From assembly GCA_030704615.1 (NCBI GenBank), contig CM060732.1:4898001-4962000 (forward strand): a stretch of 64,000 nucleotides of DNA, read 5' to 3'. A program made the position numbers and the translations under genes. Positions 13,170 to 26,100 of this stretch are shown here, piece after piece. The notes under the pieces were generated by a model that had not been told where the DNA came from, did no database searches, and was given only the letters and a program-made list of their open reading frames with translations. This DNA comes from Takakia lepidozioides (lineage: Eukaryota; Plantae; Bryophyta). Each line of letters starts with the position of its first letter. The stretch's first letter is position 1.

Positions 13170-14570
13170 TAATTTCGATTGATCTCATATTACACTGGGA
13201 CGTATCAGAGGGTACATTGAATATACTGGTCAAGTCTCAAAGCGAACGAAAACCATTTGGATGGGCAACCATCCGTTGGCCTATTGAACAAATTTCGATT
13301 GATCTCATATTACTCTGGGGCCTCTTACATGGCACATAGAACATAGTGGCCAAGTCTCAAAGTGAACCAAAATCAATTCGACATGGCCAACCATCCGTTG
13401 AGCCATCGAATGAATTTCGATTGATCTCATATTAGTCCAGGATCTGTGAGAGGGTGTCTCGAACGTACTGGCAAAGTTTGGAAGCAAACAAAAATGATTT
13501 GGATGGGCAACCATCCGTTCACCCGTTGAATGTATTCCGTTGGATCTGCTATTCCTTTAGGACCTGTTGGACTGTGTTTCGCGTGCTCACGATTTTTTTT
13601 TCATTCCGCTTTTTAATGGGGCGTGTAATGTAGCCATATGCGTGCCAAATTTGGGAGCGAACATAATTCATTTGGACCCAAAACCACAGTTTCTTCCCTA
13701 TTTTGCACTCCAAATTTGATTTGTGTTCAACTTCATGCACTCTTCATAGAGAGTTATGCAATAGTGAGCAAAGATAACACTTTTTTTTTTGGGGCATTTT
13801 TTATTGGTCCAAATTTTGGCGGGGGAGTAGCGGTGGGATGTTTGAAGCCGCAGAACAAAATTGAGCCAAAAAACAAAATCGATACGTGCCAGAAACCCCC
13901 AATGAAAGGTAGTGCAAACCTATTTATTGGCTTAAAATGAGTTTAAATTCAATTAAATTGTGGAATGGCTTGAGGGGTGAACGCGTCGATGGGGAGGCAA
14001 ATGATTTATTCGTCTAATGTGTCTCCACACATGCTCCAGCACATGGGGGCAAAAGAGGGGCTTCAACCACATCCGCTCAATGGGTGCAATAGTCGTGCAC
14101 GCATTGCAGGATTTCTTTTTTGCATTGAACAAAAATCAGATGACAAGTGAACGCCTCATTGGACAATCGAACAAATTTTGATTGATCTCGTATTACACTG
14201 GGACGTATCATAGGATACATTGAACACACTGGCCAAGTTTCAAAGCGAACGAAAATCATTTGGATGTGCAACCATCCGTTGGCCCATTGAACGAATTTCG
14301 ATTGATCTCATATTACTCTGGGGCCTCTTATATGGCACATTGAACATAGTGGCCAAGTCTCAAAGCAAACCAAAATCATTTCGATGGCCAACCATCCGTT
14401 GAGGCATCGAATGAATTTTGATTGATCTCATATTAGTCCGGAACCTGATACATGGTATGTTGAACATAGTGGCAAAGATTGAAAGCAAACGAAAATCATT
14501 TGGATGGACAACCATTCAATCACCCATTGAATGAATGGGGTTTCGTCTTCAATTATACTGGGACATGTTA
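13170..14570 (+). repeat. ~1.4 copies of the ~1-kb repeat unit with ~121-bp subrepeats
   Basis: Highly similar to the units at 23115-30232. Confidence 0.9.
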
Positions 14571-14898
14571 CATGGTATGCCCTTTGAAGCTCTTTTTGTA
14601 GTGTCTCCTGCCTTGTAATGTGATGCTTCTCCATGTCCACTTTATTCAATATGTTGATATTCTCCATCTGGAACCATGGTTGCAAACGTCACGTCACGTC
14701 GGACCTGACGCTGATGCGACCAACGTCACGTCAGTTTTGCCGAAAAAAATCAGTAAAACATGAGTTAGGTGAAAAATATGTCACGTACGTAGACACGTTG
14801 TATTTCAAGCGACACCTAGGCAAGTGAATGAAATGTTTTATAAATTACTCCATCCGCCAATAGTTAAGGTCATTTTTAAATCATTATTTTAAAATTGG

Positions 14899-15680
14899 TA
14901 CGACCTCCAAATGGTGGTGGTCGCAGAATTTATCTTATTTTTTAATAGTTGCGACCATTAGCAGAGGGGTTGTCGCAACATTTTTTGTTTTTTTAAAATA
15001 GATGCGACCACCAGTAGGGGTGGTCGCATTTTTTCTTTTCTTAAACAGTTGCGACCACTGCTACTGGTGGTCGCACAATTTTTTATTTATTCGTAGTAGG
15101 TGCGACCACCGACATGGGGGTGGTCGCAAAAAATTTCTGTTTTTTTAATAAGTGCGACCACCAGCAGGGGGTGGTCGCAGATTTTTATTTATTTTTTAAT
15201 TTTTAATTTTATATTTATTTAAATTTTATTAATATTTATTTATTTAAATTTATTATTTTAAAAAAAAAACCATTCTTTGTGTCCACGAGCATGGGGGTGG
15301 TCGCAGCATTTAAAAATAATAATAGGTGCGACCACCAGCATGGGGGTGGTCGCAACATTTTTTGTTTTTTTAATAGGTGTGACCACCAGCATGGGGGGTG
15401 GTCGCAGAAATTTTGTATTTGTTTAATAGGTGTGACCACCAACAGCGGGGTGGTCGCAGAAATTTGATGTTTTTTTAATAGGTGCGACCACCAGCAGGGG
15501 GGGTGATCGCAGCAAAAAAAAAAAAAAAAAAAAATAAATAATCTTTGTGACCACGAGCATGGAGATGGTCGCAGATTTTTTTTTTTTTTAATAGGTGCGA
15601 CCACCAGCATGGGGGTGGTCGCAGCAGTTTTTTAAAAAAAATAACATGCGACTTCCTCGTGCGACCTAGAGCGGTCGCAA
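14899..15680. repeat. Subterminal palindrome array GCGACCACC-N-GGTGGTCGC
   Basis: About 15 hairpin units with T-rich spacers. Confidence 0.9.
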
Positions 15681-15726
15681 CATTGGATCTGATTCGTCGA
15701 GCGTGTGAAGCTTGGAGGCTGGAGGG

Positions 15727-15734
15727 TATATAAG
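15727..15734 (+). promoter_or_regulatory. Putative TATA box upstream of the hAT transposase
   Basis: TATATAAG just after the array; similar boxes follow the arrays at 20308 and 46691. Confidence 0.4.
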
Positions 15735-16041
15735 GTGGTCCCAATGCCCCTCACTTCTTTTGTGGCAAACACTTTTGTGGCGAGTGAATGTTCTTTATTC
15801 CTTGAGCAAGAGTGTAAGCCCAAGAAGAGGGTGCGGACCGTTTGTTGTTGTGGCTTCCACCAGAGCCACTGTAGTAAATTGTCGAAAAGCACAATATTAC
15901 ATGGTGCATTGATCCACTTGGATTGATGCCTTAGTGTTGGGCCATCGCATTCTGTTCTAATATTGCTCTTCACAAATCTACCAAGTACACTAGTATTTTT
16001 CGTTCAACCTTAAGTCTGTGGTTAGGGTTTTGGGTGTGAGG

Positions 16042-18254
16042 ATGAGGGAGGAGTGGATCCATTGGTTCACCATAGACCCGCACAAAAAAGACGGTGTTCA
16101 ATGTAATCTTTGTGCATTGAAGCTGGCGGGTCGCAAAGATCGCATGTCATATCACCTCGGCTACAGAGATGGGAAGAATGCAGGGGTTAGTTTGTGCCCA
16201 AAAGCCTCCATGCGAGTGAAAGCCCACTTTGCCCAATGTGGAGGCAATATCCCACCGTCTCTTGATGTGGCCGCGGCTTCTGAGCCAAACACTCCAGGTT
16301 CGAATCAAATTGTCCCTCAGAGTTGTACCCAGTGGGATTCTTGCAAGGCGTCTACTGTTCGTGGATAAGCCGGTGGGTCAGGAGCAACACCTGATTGTAC
16401 GCCAACACTTGTACGAACCAGACCATTGAGGCAACAATCAATGTAAGAAGGCTTAAATTTGTCGCACATGAGAACTCTGGATAAGAAGTGGGCCCAATTT
16501 TTCTACGAGGCCAATATTCCGTTCAATGTCTCGAGGCTTCCTGCGTTTGTGGCTGCTGTCAAAGCCACGTCCGATTCCAAGTCCACATACACACCTCCGA
16601 GTTATCGCGATCTCCGCACAGGATTGCTAGAAGAGGCTATGTCTGACCTCACCCAAAATGTGAATGAAAAGACAGGTGATTCTCTCCGGAAATATGGAAG
16701 CACTATATGTGCGGACGGTTGGAGTTCTGTTACTAATCGACCACTGTTCAATGTCATGCTGGTCTGTCCTGCGGGGGAACAATTTTTGGGATCCGTTGAC
16801 ACAAGCGGGGAGAGAAAAGATGCACGTTATCAAGCAGGGTTGTTGACGATTTACATCGATAAAATTGGAGCTGATAAAATTGTTCAAGTGTGCACGGACA
16901 ATGCATCTAACATGGTTAATATGGCCGATATTTTGATGGTACGATATCCTGATCTATATTACCAAGGGTGTGCTGCTCATATCTTTGATCTCATTTTGGA
17001 GGATTGGGGAAAAGAATCATGGATGAAACAACTAGTAAAAATGGCAAAGTCGGTTGTGACGTTCATTCGTACATATCACATCCCTCTCGCATTGTTTAGA
17101 AAGCATGAACCCAAATACAGCCTTAGGAACCCGGGTGAAATCCGCTTTGCCACAAACTTTTTGATGGTGGATCGACTAGTGACTGTGAGGGCGGGTCTGG
17201 AGCAGGTGATCATTGACCCTCAATGGGATGCGTATGTGGGCATCTTACGCGACTCTCGTAAGTCCAAGTCTTTGAGCAAAAGTCGGAGGGTCCGCGCAAT
17301 CATTCGCTCCGACGATTTCTGGGCGAAATGTGCAAATTTTGTGTACATGGTGGAGCCGGTGTTGATTGCTTTGCGGGAGTTTGATGGAAAACAACCAATA
17401 ATGGGTAAAACATGGTTGATATTGGAAAACCTTGAGAAGCACGTGCAATCCTTGAGGCGTCCTCCATTTTCTATGGACGATGATTTGGCGGCAAGGACCG
17501 AGGATGCATTTTACGACCGCAAACGGATGGTTCACACGGACTTGCATTATGCGGGGGCCTTGCTGAATCCATTCTTGCTGGATAATACGGATTTTAGAGA
17601 CGATGTGGATGCCAAAGTCGAGCTTGTACGGGTCATCATGCAACTTGCGCCCTTGAACATGGCAGAGCGAGCATTGTCAGAGTACCAGTGCTTCTCGGAT
17701 CGGCAAAATCATTTTCATGGCATGCCGGATCCAAAAGCAATGAACATGTTGCCACATGAATGGTGGGATCTGATTGGAGCTGGAGCAAGAACGTTAGCTC
17801 CCATTGCAAAGCGTATTCTTGCTCAAATGTGCTCTGCCTCGTTCTGTGAGCGGAACTGAAGCAGTTACTCGTTTGTTTTCACAACAAGATTCGCAACAGG
17901 TTGAATCCTGCCAGGACTGACAAATTGGTTTATGTCTACACGAATTGTAGGCTATTGCGAGAGAGGAGAGCAAGTGACGCATCTGCATGGTACAAGAAGA
18001 ATCTGTTGTCTGAAAAATTTGCCTCAGAGGTCCAATCTAGCAGCAATGATGACACTGATGCCGCGAAGGACTCCGACTCCGACGGTTGGGATGGGTCCGA
18101 TGATGTGGGCAATCCTCCACATGACCCATATGAATTTAATGATGATGATGCTGCAATGCATCCATCCTTCGATGACCTTGTTGTTGATGAACTACGACAT
18201 GGTGTCATCCCAATGCGGACCCCTTCCCCCAGTGGAGCACACTCTCAACAATGA
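16042..18254 (+). pseudogene. hAT transposase (BED finger, DUF659-type DDE core, C-terminal dimerisation domain)
   Basis: W-x-WF...CNLC...H BED finger; ICADGWS, QVCTDNASNM, CAAHIFDL, EIRFAT, HEWWDL, SASFCERN*SSY, LNPARTDKLVYV; several stops and a frameshift. Confidence 0.93.
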
Positions 18255-19299
18255 AGTTGAGGTCAACTCTCCCCACCACGAGTTACACGGACTGCGGGAG
18301 ATGTGCAGGGCGAATCGTCGGATGATGACAACCGGCCGTTGTTATTCCTTCACCGACATCGTGCCCCTGTGAACCGTGTTTTATCTCACCTCGCTCCATC
18401 TCATGTTTCTCTTTCTCAAGCCGGTCCATCCCATGCTGGTCCATCTAGTCTCTCTCCCCCTCATGTAATTCCTTCCATCGCTAGTCCGATCTTGGGAGAT
18501 GGTTCTTTTGCTACGGGATGACGACGACCGGCCATTGTCGTTTCATCTGGCCCGACGACGTCCGCATGTGAACCGTGCTCCCTTGACCCTCGCTGGTCCA
18601 TCTCATGCCCCTTCCTCTCATGTCGGCCCCTCTGATGTACGTGCGAGTAGCCTTCCTCATACGAGACCTGCTCCAAGGCCACCACGAAATCCGGGACAAG
18701 CCCAGAAACGGCAGAGAATTGTGCAACCTTTTTGTTGGTGACCGACATGTGAACATGTCTGATACCCTAAATGGTATTCATGATAGGAGTGGAAATCAAC
18801 CAGAGAGACAACTGAACGTACTCCGAGGACGACTACAAGTCCAATAGCCAGTTGCCTCTGGAAACGAAAGAACAAATGGAGATCATGATTCTAGCACTGA
18901 TCATAGGAACGAGGGTGAAGTGAGTAGGGACGAAGATTTTGTACTAGACGTGAGATCATACCATCGTCGTTGTGGCAGACGGAATTAAGTACAGCTATAA
19001 TTTCTGTGACTTGTCACATGATGTGTAGTATGTTTCCATAGATATCCATGTTTCAGTTTGGGTACATGCATACGTGTACGGAAATAAAAAGGGTGGAATA
19101 TGTGTACCCAAGAAAGGGTTTGGTGGTTGTGCGTGTGTTTGTGTTTCGTCATTACCTTTACATTGTTGATTTCCTATTATGGTTTCGAAAGCCACAAAAA
19201 GCCAGGTGCAGCTCCCAACATTCATCTTCCCCTTCACAAATCCATGGGGAGTCGATACATGTGCTTTTCATCTGCCTCTCCAAACATACATACAGGTGC

Positions 19300-20250
19300 A
19301 AGGGGACCAACCTCATGGTGGTCGCACATATTTTTAAAAATACAATTGTGTAACCACCAGTAGCGGTCATCGCAACTGTTAAAATAAAAGAAAAATGTTG
19401 CGACCACCCCCTGCCCGTAGTCGCACCGATTTACTGATTTACTGATTACCCCTGCTGGTGGTCGCAGATTTTATTTTATTTTATTTTGGAAAACACCTGG
19501 GAGCGACAACTCACAAATCAGGCCCATTAGTAGTGAGAGGAGAAAATAACCTCTTTCATTTATGTGCCAAGAGGCGTAGGAATGGGGCACCACACACGAA
19601 CCATACCACACCCATCAAGTAGCAAGATTTGACCCCAGAATCGTCCGGGTCGCACTCAGTGCACTTAACCAACTGAGCTACTGACTGTTGGTAGATATTA
19701 AAAAATCGGAAAATTACACGACCACCCCCCCTACGACCACCCCCCTGCTGGTGGTCGCATCTATTAAAGAAAAAGGAAAATAGTGCGACCACCAGCAGGT
19801 GGTGGTCGCACCTATTTGTTTTAAACAAAATCTCTGCGACCACCCCTCTGCTGGTGGTCGCGCCTATTAAAAAAAAAAATTATGCGACCACCTCCCCTAA
19901 AAAAAAAAAATCTGCGACCACCCCCCTACTGGTGGTTGCACCCATTAAAAAACATAAACAAATCTGCGACCACCCCCCTCTGGTGGTCGCACCAATTAAA
20001 AATAAATAAAAATTCTGCAACCACCCCCCTGCTGGTGGTCGCACCCATTAAAAAAATTTAAAAAATCTGCGACCACCCCTCTACTGGTGGTCGTACCCAT
20101 TAAAAAACATAAACAAATCTACGACCACCCCCCTGCTAGTGGTCGCACCTATTAAAAAAAATAAAAATTCTACGACCACCCCCCTGCTAGTGGTCGCACA
20201 TAATAAAAAAAGAAAAAAACTATGCGACCACCCCTGCTGGCGGTCGCAGC
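19300..20250. repeat. Internal GCGACCACC palindrome array
   Basis: About 14 units, interrupted by a SINE; lies upstream of the cargo gene at 20671. Confidence 0.88.
19469..19693 (-). mobile_element. tRNA-derived SINE
   Basis: Minus strand shows A-box TAGCTCAGTTGG, B-box-like GGGTCAAATC, a unique body and an (AAAAT)n tail; second copy at 36757-36980 shares the 5' boundary. Confidence 0.75.
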
Positions 20251-20670
20251 TATTACTAGCGTGCACAGTCATGATGACAGCGCGCGCCCCGAGTGTGGAC
20301 GGGGGGCTTATAAGGCCTTGGAGGCCATTCTCTCCCTCACTTTTCTCCACACCAGGACTTGGTGGGCGATGGGATGTTGCATTCCTTGTCATTGAGTCCA
20401 AAGTGGAGGGGGTGCTATTGGTTGGGTGGGGGGTATTTTGGGGCGTTGGATTCTACGAAATCGATGTTGAGTACCTCCCGGGAAGCCCTCCTCTAACACC
20501 CACGTTTTTTTCATATTGCGTCATATCACTTAGAACTGTCGAGGGAGTGACACGTGCCTCTAGTACTTGGGGAGGATTCATTAAGGAGTAGGATTAGGTA
20601 CGATTTAGGAGGGTTGGGAGAGCATTTTTCTTAGCAAACACCTGTCGAGTAGGGGTAAACCAAAGACATA

Positions 20671-22560
20671 AATGGCGGAGGAGGAAGACAGAGGAGGTCA
20701 TCCCAGGGATGACGATAATGAACGTGGACCTCCCAAAAAAAAACCAAAAAGGGCCAGGCGCGAACTTCGTTGGGACATATACAATGACCCCAACATTCTT
20801 GCGGAACCAGGTTGAGAAGTTTGGAAGTTGGGGCAGCGGTGGTCGCTTGGTGACTGCAGGGAATTTGTGGACTGGTGTCACATAAATCGTTTGTGGCCCA
20901 GAGATAGGCATGATCCACAAACCAAAACAAAATCAAGCTAGCTTGCATTCCTGCGCCAACCCGCATTTTCGCCACAGGGCAGAGGAGGTACATACAACAT
21001 TGTGGGGTCAACCGCTCGTCAACAACAAGGTCCCGTATTTATTTGCGGCCATGTTGTACACAGAGTTGATTTTATTGCGACCGGTGGATTGGCAAACTGC
21101 CACTGCGAAACAACGTAGTAGACTATACATGTTCTCTGATATCCCAGACTTGTATATACGTCAGGGGCAGGACATCATACGGTTTGATGGAAACGACGAG
21201 GTGGAAGAAGGAGGAAAGGCGGATGGAAACGACGATGTGGAAGAAGGAGGAAATGCAGACCAACCTCCAGATTATACGCCGCAACAGGTCTCCGCAGCTG
21301 GGCCTTCAACGTCTGAGGTGGAGGGGGGCGAGGTACGCTCTCCGTTGGAGGAACAGTTGGCCGCACATGAACAGCACATCAAAGACCTGCAGGACATTGT
21401 TCATTTGCAACAGTGGCAACTAGCGAAGTTGCTGGAAAGAATGGGGTTGGGGACTCTCGACAGCGTACGCGGTGTGCTTCAGGACCCGAGGCTAATCACC
21501 AACGAGCAAGACATATTGGCGCGTTTGAATATGCCACCAATGGACATTGACCGCGTCATCAACGGGGTTGACTCAATCGGGCATGGGAATAAAGTGCAAA
21601 CGTCTGAACTGGACCCGGCGAGAGGGTTGAGAAGAAGACTTGCGGCGGAGAGGGCAAGAAAAGGGAAGGACCCCATAGTGGAACTGGGGAATGTTCAGCC
21701 GTGCAAATTACATTTTGCCCAAGAACAGGAATTAGAGCAGCTTGTGGGGGAACGCGAGCAAGCTAGGGTTGTTGCATATCGGTACTCAAATGCCATGCAA
21801 ATCCGATCGTGGCCATGGTTGAAGGGGAATTGGCGGAATTGGGTGACATGGGCGGGCCATCTAGCATCGCGGGAAACACGGATAGAAGAAGCGTTGTCCT
21901 CTCTCCAACGTGCAGCACGTTTGTCGAATCGAAGCGTATATAGTATCTATGCTAATTTGCAAAGGCACGACACTGTGCGTGATGTATTCACGTCGAAGTA
22001 CACTGGATTCACCACATGGGGGTGATGTGCATCATGTTTGAGCACTGTGTGCATACAATTTCCGATACCAATAACAGCATAAACTGGGATTTGGAAGTAG
22101 AGGAGGAGTGGGACACCAGGCTGAGGATGTCATCCTACATTAATGAGGATAAACCACCCAGTCCAAAGGGAGCTTTTTTGCCGGAACTTGGGAGGGCATT
22201 GGAGCTGTACCAGACAAAGATTCTTCCGACTGCTTGAGGATCCGTGGGTGCCAGCGGAAAACGACCCATACAATCGCGAACCGATTAGGAGAGACCTATT
22301 TTTGAGGGAGTTGGAGGCCGCTAGCATCCGTTGGGAGGATATGAATGAGACGTACTAGGTGCCTCGTCGGGATGATGGGCCATTTCTTCCAGAGTTGCGC
22401 AGAGACCCCCAGCAGGAGGAGGTGTTGGACAATTTCAAGGCTGTCATCACGAGTGTTCTAAAGTATTGGCAGAACACATGGCGTAACCAAGTTTACTGGT
22501 GGAGGCACGTCATTTACACCCGGAGCATCTTCATCAACATCTGGAGATGACGACAACGAA
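20671..22560 (+). pseudogene. Paralogue of the RING cargo gene, with the RING block deleted
   Basis: Shares EVHxTLWGQP, AAMLYxE, PVxWQTA, WAxHLASR, SIYANxQR, INWxLExEEEWDT and FCRNLGGHWS with 10402-12732; has frameshifts and stops. Confidence 0.75.
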
Positions 22561-23114
22561 GTAATAAATCTACATGAAGATGACTAGAAAGGCTAGAAAC
22601 GTAGGGAGTAGGCCAAAGGTCTCAGGTTGCGAAAACTTAAATGTGCAACCCACTGTATAGTCTACGTAATTTTTGGAAATATGAGGTTCATCCTTTGAAC
22701 CATTTTTTAATAACCTCATACTTGTTCGGTACCTGTTTGACGGCATGTACAATATACTGACAAAGTTTCAAAACAATGAAAAATTGTTGAATGAAGATAC
22801 CGTTGGTTCACCCATTGCAATATTTTAAATCGAACTCATACTTGTCCGGTACCTTTAAGAGGGCATGTACAATGCAATGGCAAAGTTTGAAAGCATTCAG
22901 AAATCGGCACATCGAGTAACCATTGGTTCCTCTTGTGAACCATTTTTTATTGATCTCATACTTGTCCGGTCCATGTAAGAGGCATGTAAAACATACTGGC
23001 AAAATTTCAAATCATTCAAATTTTTATTTATTAAGGAACCTTTGGTTTATCCTTTTCACCATTAACGATTAATCACAAATAAATGAACAGACGCATAAAT
23101 CATTTGCCTCCAAA

Positions 23115-26100
23115 TGATTTTGGTTCGCTTTGAGACTTGGCCAGTATCTTCAATGTGCCATGGAAGAGGCCCCAGAGTAATATGAGATCAATCGAAATTC
23201 GTTCAATGGGCCGAGGGATGGTTGCCCATCCAAATGATTTTCGTTCGCTTTGAGACTTGGCCAGTGTGCTCAATGTACCCTCTGATAGGTCCCAATGTAA
23301 TATGAGATCAATCAAAATTCGTTCGATGGGCCAATGAGGCGTTCAGTTGTCATCTGGTTTTTGTTCATTGCGAAAAAAAAAATCCTGCAATGCGTGCACG
23401 ACTATTGCACCCATTGAACGGATGTGGTTGAAGCCCCTCTTTTGCCCCCATGTGCTTGAACATGTGTGCGACACATGTGCGGAGACACAACAGACGAATA
23501 AATCATTTGCCTCCCCATCGACACCAAGCCATTCCATAATGCAATTGAATTTAAATTAATTTAAAGCCAATAAATAGGTTTGCACTGCCTTTCATCGGGG
23601 GTTTCTGGCACGTATCGATTTTGTTTTTGGCTCAATTTTGTTCTGCGGCTTCCAGCATCCCACCAATACTTCCCTGCCAAAATTTGGACCAATAAAAAAT
23701 GCCCCAAAAAAAAAGTGTTCTCTCTCGCTCACTATTGCATAACTCTCTATGAAGAGTGCGTGAAGTTGAACACATATCAAGTTTGGAGTGCAAAAAACAG
23801 GAAGAAACTGTGGGTTTTGGGTCCAAATGAATTATGTTTGCTCCCAAATTTGGCACGCACGTTGCATATGGCTACATTACACGCCCCATTCAACAACCGA
23901 ATGAAAAAACAATCGTGAGCACGCGAAACACAGTCCAACAGGTCCCAAAGCAATAGCAGATCCAGTGGAATACATTCAACGGGTGAGCGGATGGTTGCCC
24001 ATCCAAATCATTTTTGTTTGCTTCCAAACTTTGCCAGTACGTTCGAGACACCCTTGCACAGGTCTGGGACTAATATCAGATCAATCAAAATTCATTCGAT
24101 GGCTCAACGGTTGGCTCGAGATGATTTTGGTTGCTTGAGACTTGGCCAGTATCTTCAATGTGCCATAGAAGAGGCCCCACAGTAATATGAGATCGAAATT
24201 CGTTCAATGGGCCGAGGGATGGTTGCCCATCCAAATGATTTCCGTTCGCTTTGAGACTTGGCCAGTGTGCTCAATGTACCCTCTGATAGGTCCCAATGTA
24301 ATATGAGATCAATCAAAATTTGTTCGATGGGCCAATGAGGCGTTCAGTTGTCATCTGGTTTTTGTTCATTGCGAAAAAAGAAATCCTGCAATGCGTGCAC
24401 GGCTATTGCACCCATTGAACGGATGTGGTTGAAGCCCCTCTTTTGCCCGCATGTGCTTGAACATGTGTGCGATACATGTGCGACGACACAACAGACGAAT
24501 AAATCATTTGCCTCCCCATCGACACCAAGCCATTCCATAATGTAATTGAATTTAAATTAATTTTAAGCCAATAAATAGGTTTGCACTGCCTTTCATCGGG
24601 GGTTTCTGGCACGTCTCGATTTTGTTTTTGGCTCAATTTTGTTCTGCGGTCCAGCATCCCACCACTACTTCCCCGCCAAAATTTGGACCAATAAAAAATG
24701 CCCCCAAAAAAAAAGTATTCTCTTCACTCACTATTGCATAACTCTCTATGAAGAGTGCGTGAAGTTGAACACAAATCAAGTTTGGAGTGCAAAACAGGGA
24801 AGAAACTGTGGGTTTTGGGTCCAAATGAATTATGTTTGGTCCCAAATTTGGCACGCACGTTGCATATGGCTACATTACACGCCCCATTCAAAAACCGAAT
24901 GAAAAAAAAATCGTGAGCACGCGAAACACAGTCCAACAGGTCCCAAAGCAATAGCAGATCCAGCGGAATACATTCAACGGGTGAGCGGATGGTTGCCCAT
25001 CCAAATCATTTTTGTTTGCTTCCAAACTTTGCCAGTACGTTTAAGACACCCTCACACATGTCTCGGACTAATATCAGATCAATCAAAATTTATTCGATGG
25101 CTCAACGGATGGTTGGCCATGCTTTGAGACTTGGGCCAGTATGTTCAATGTGCCATGGAAGAGGCCCCAGAGTAATATGAGATCAATCGAAATTCGTTCA
25201 ATGGGCTGAGGGATGGTTGCCCATCCAAATGATTTTCGTTCGCTTTGAGACTTGGCCAGTGTGCTCAATGTACCCTCAGATAGGTCCCAATGTAATATGA
25301 GATTAATCGAAATTCGTTCGATGGGCCAATGAGGCGTTCAGTTGTCATCTGGTTTTTGTTCATTGCGAAAAAAAAAATCCTGCAATGCGTGCACGGCTAT
25401 TGCACCCATTGAACGGATGTGGTTGAAGCCCTCTTTTGCCCGCATGTGCTTGAACATGTGTGCGACACATGTGCGGAGACACAACAGACGAATAAATAAA
25501 TCATTGCCTCCCCATCGACACCAAGCCATTCCATAATGCAATTGAATTTAAATTAATTTAAAGCCAATAAATAGGTTTGCACTACCTTTCATCGGGGGTT
25601 TCTGGCACGTATCGATTTTGTTTTTGGCTCAATTTTGTTCTACGGCTTCCAGCATCCCACCACTACCCTACCTTCCCCGCCAAGATTTGGACCAATAAAA
25701 AAATGCCCCAAAAAAAAGTGTTCTCTTCGCTCACTATTGCAGAACTCTCTATGAAGAGTGTGTGAAGTTGAACACAGATCAAGTTTGGAGTGCAAAACAG
25801 GGAAGAAACTGTGGTTTTGGGTCCAAATGAACTACGTTTGCTCCCAAATTTGGCACGCACGTTGCATATGGCTACATTACACGCCCCATTCAAAAACCGA
25901 ATGAAAAAACAATCGGCACAAAAACACCACAGGTCCAACAAGAGCAAAGCAATAGCGGAATAATACATTCAACGGGTGAGCGGATGGGTTGCCCATCCAA
26001 ATCATTTTTGTTTGCTTCCACACTTTGCCAGTACGTTCGAGACACCCTCGCACAGGTCTCGGACTAATATCAGATCAATCAAAATTCATTCAATGGCTCA

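Noticed and set aside
19620-19693. Functional tRNA gene
   Set aside because: Degenerate B box, no clear cloverleaf, and followed by a shared SINE body and tail
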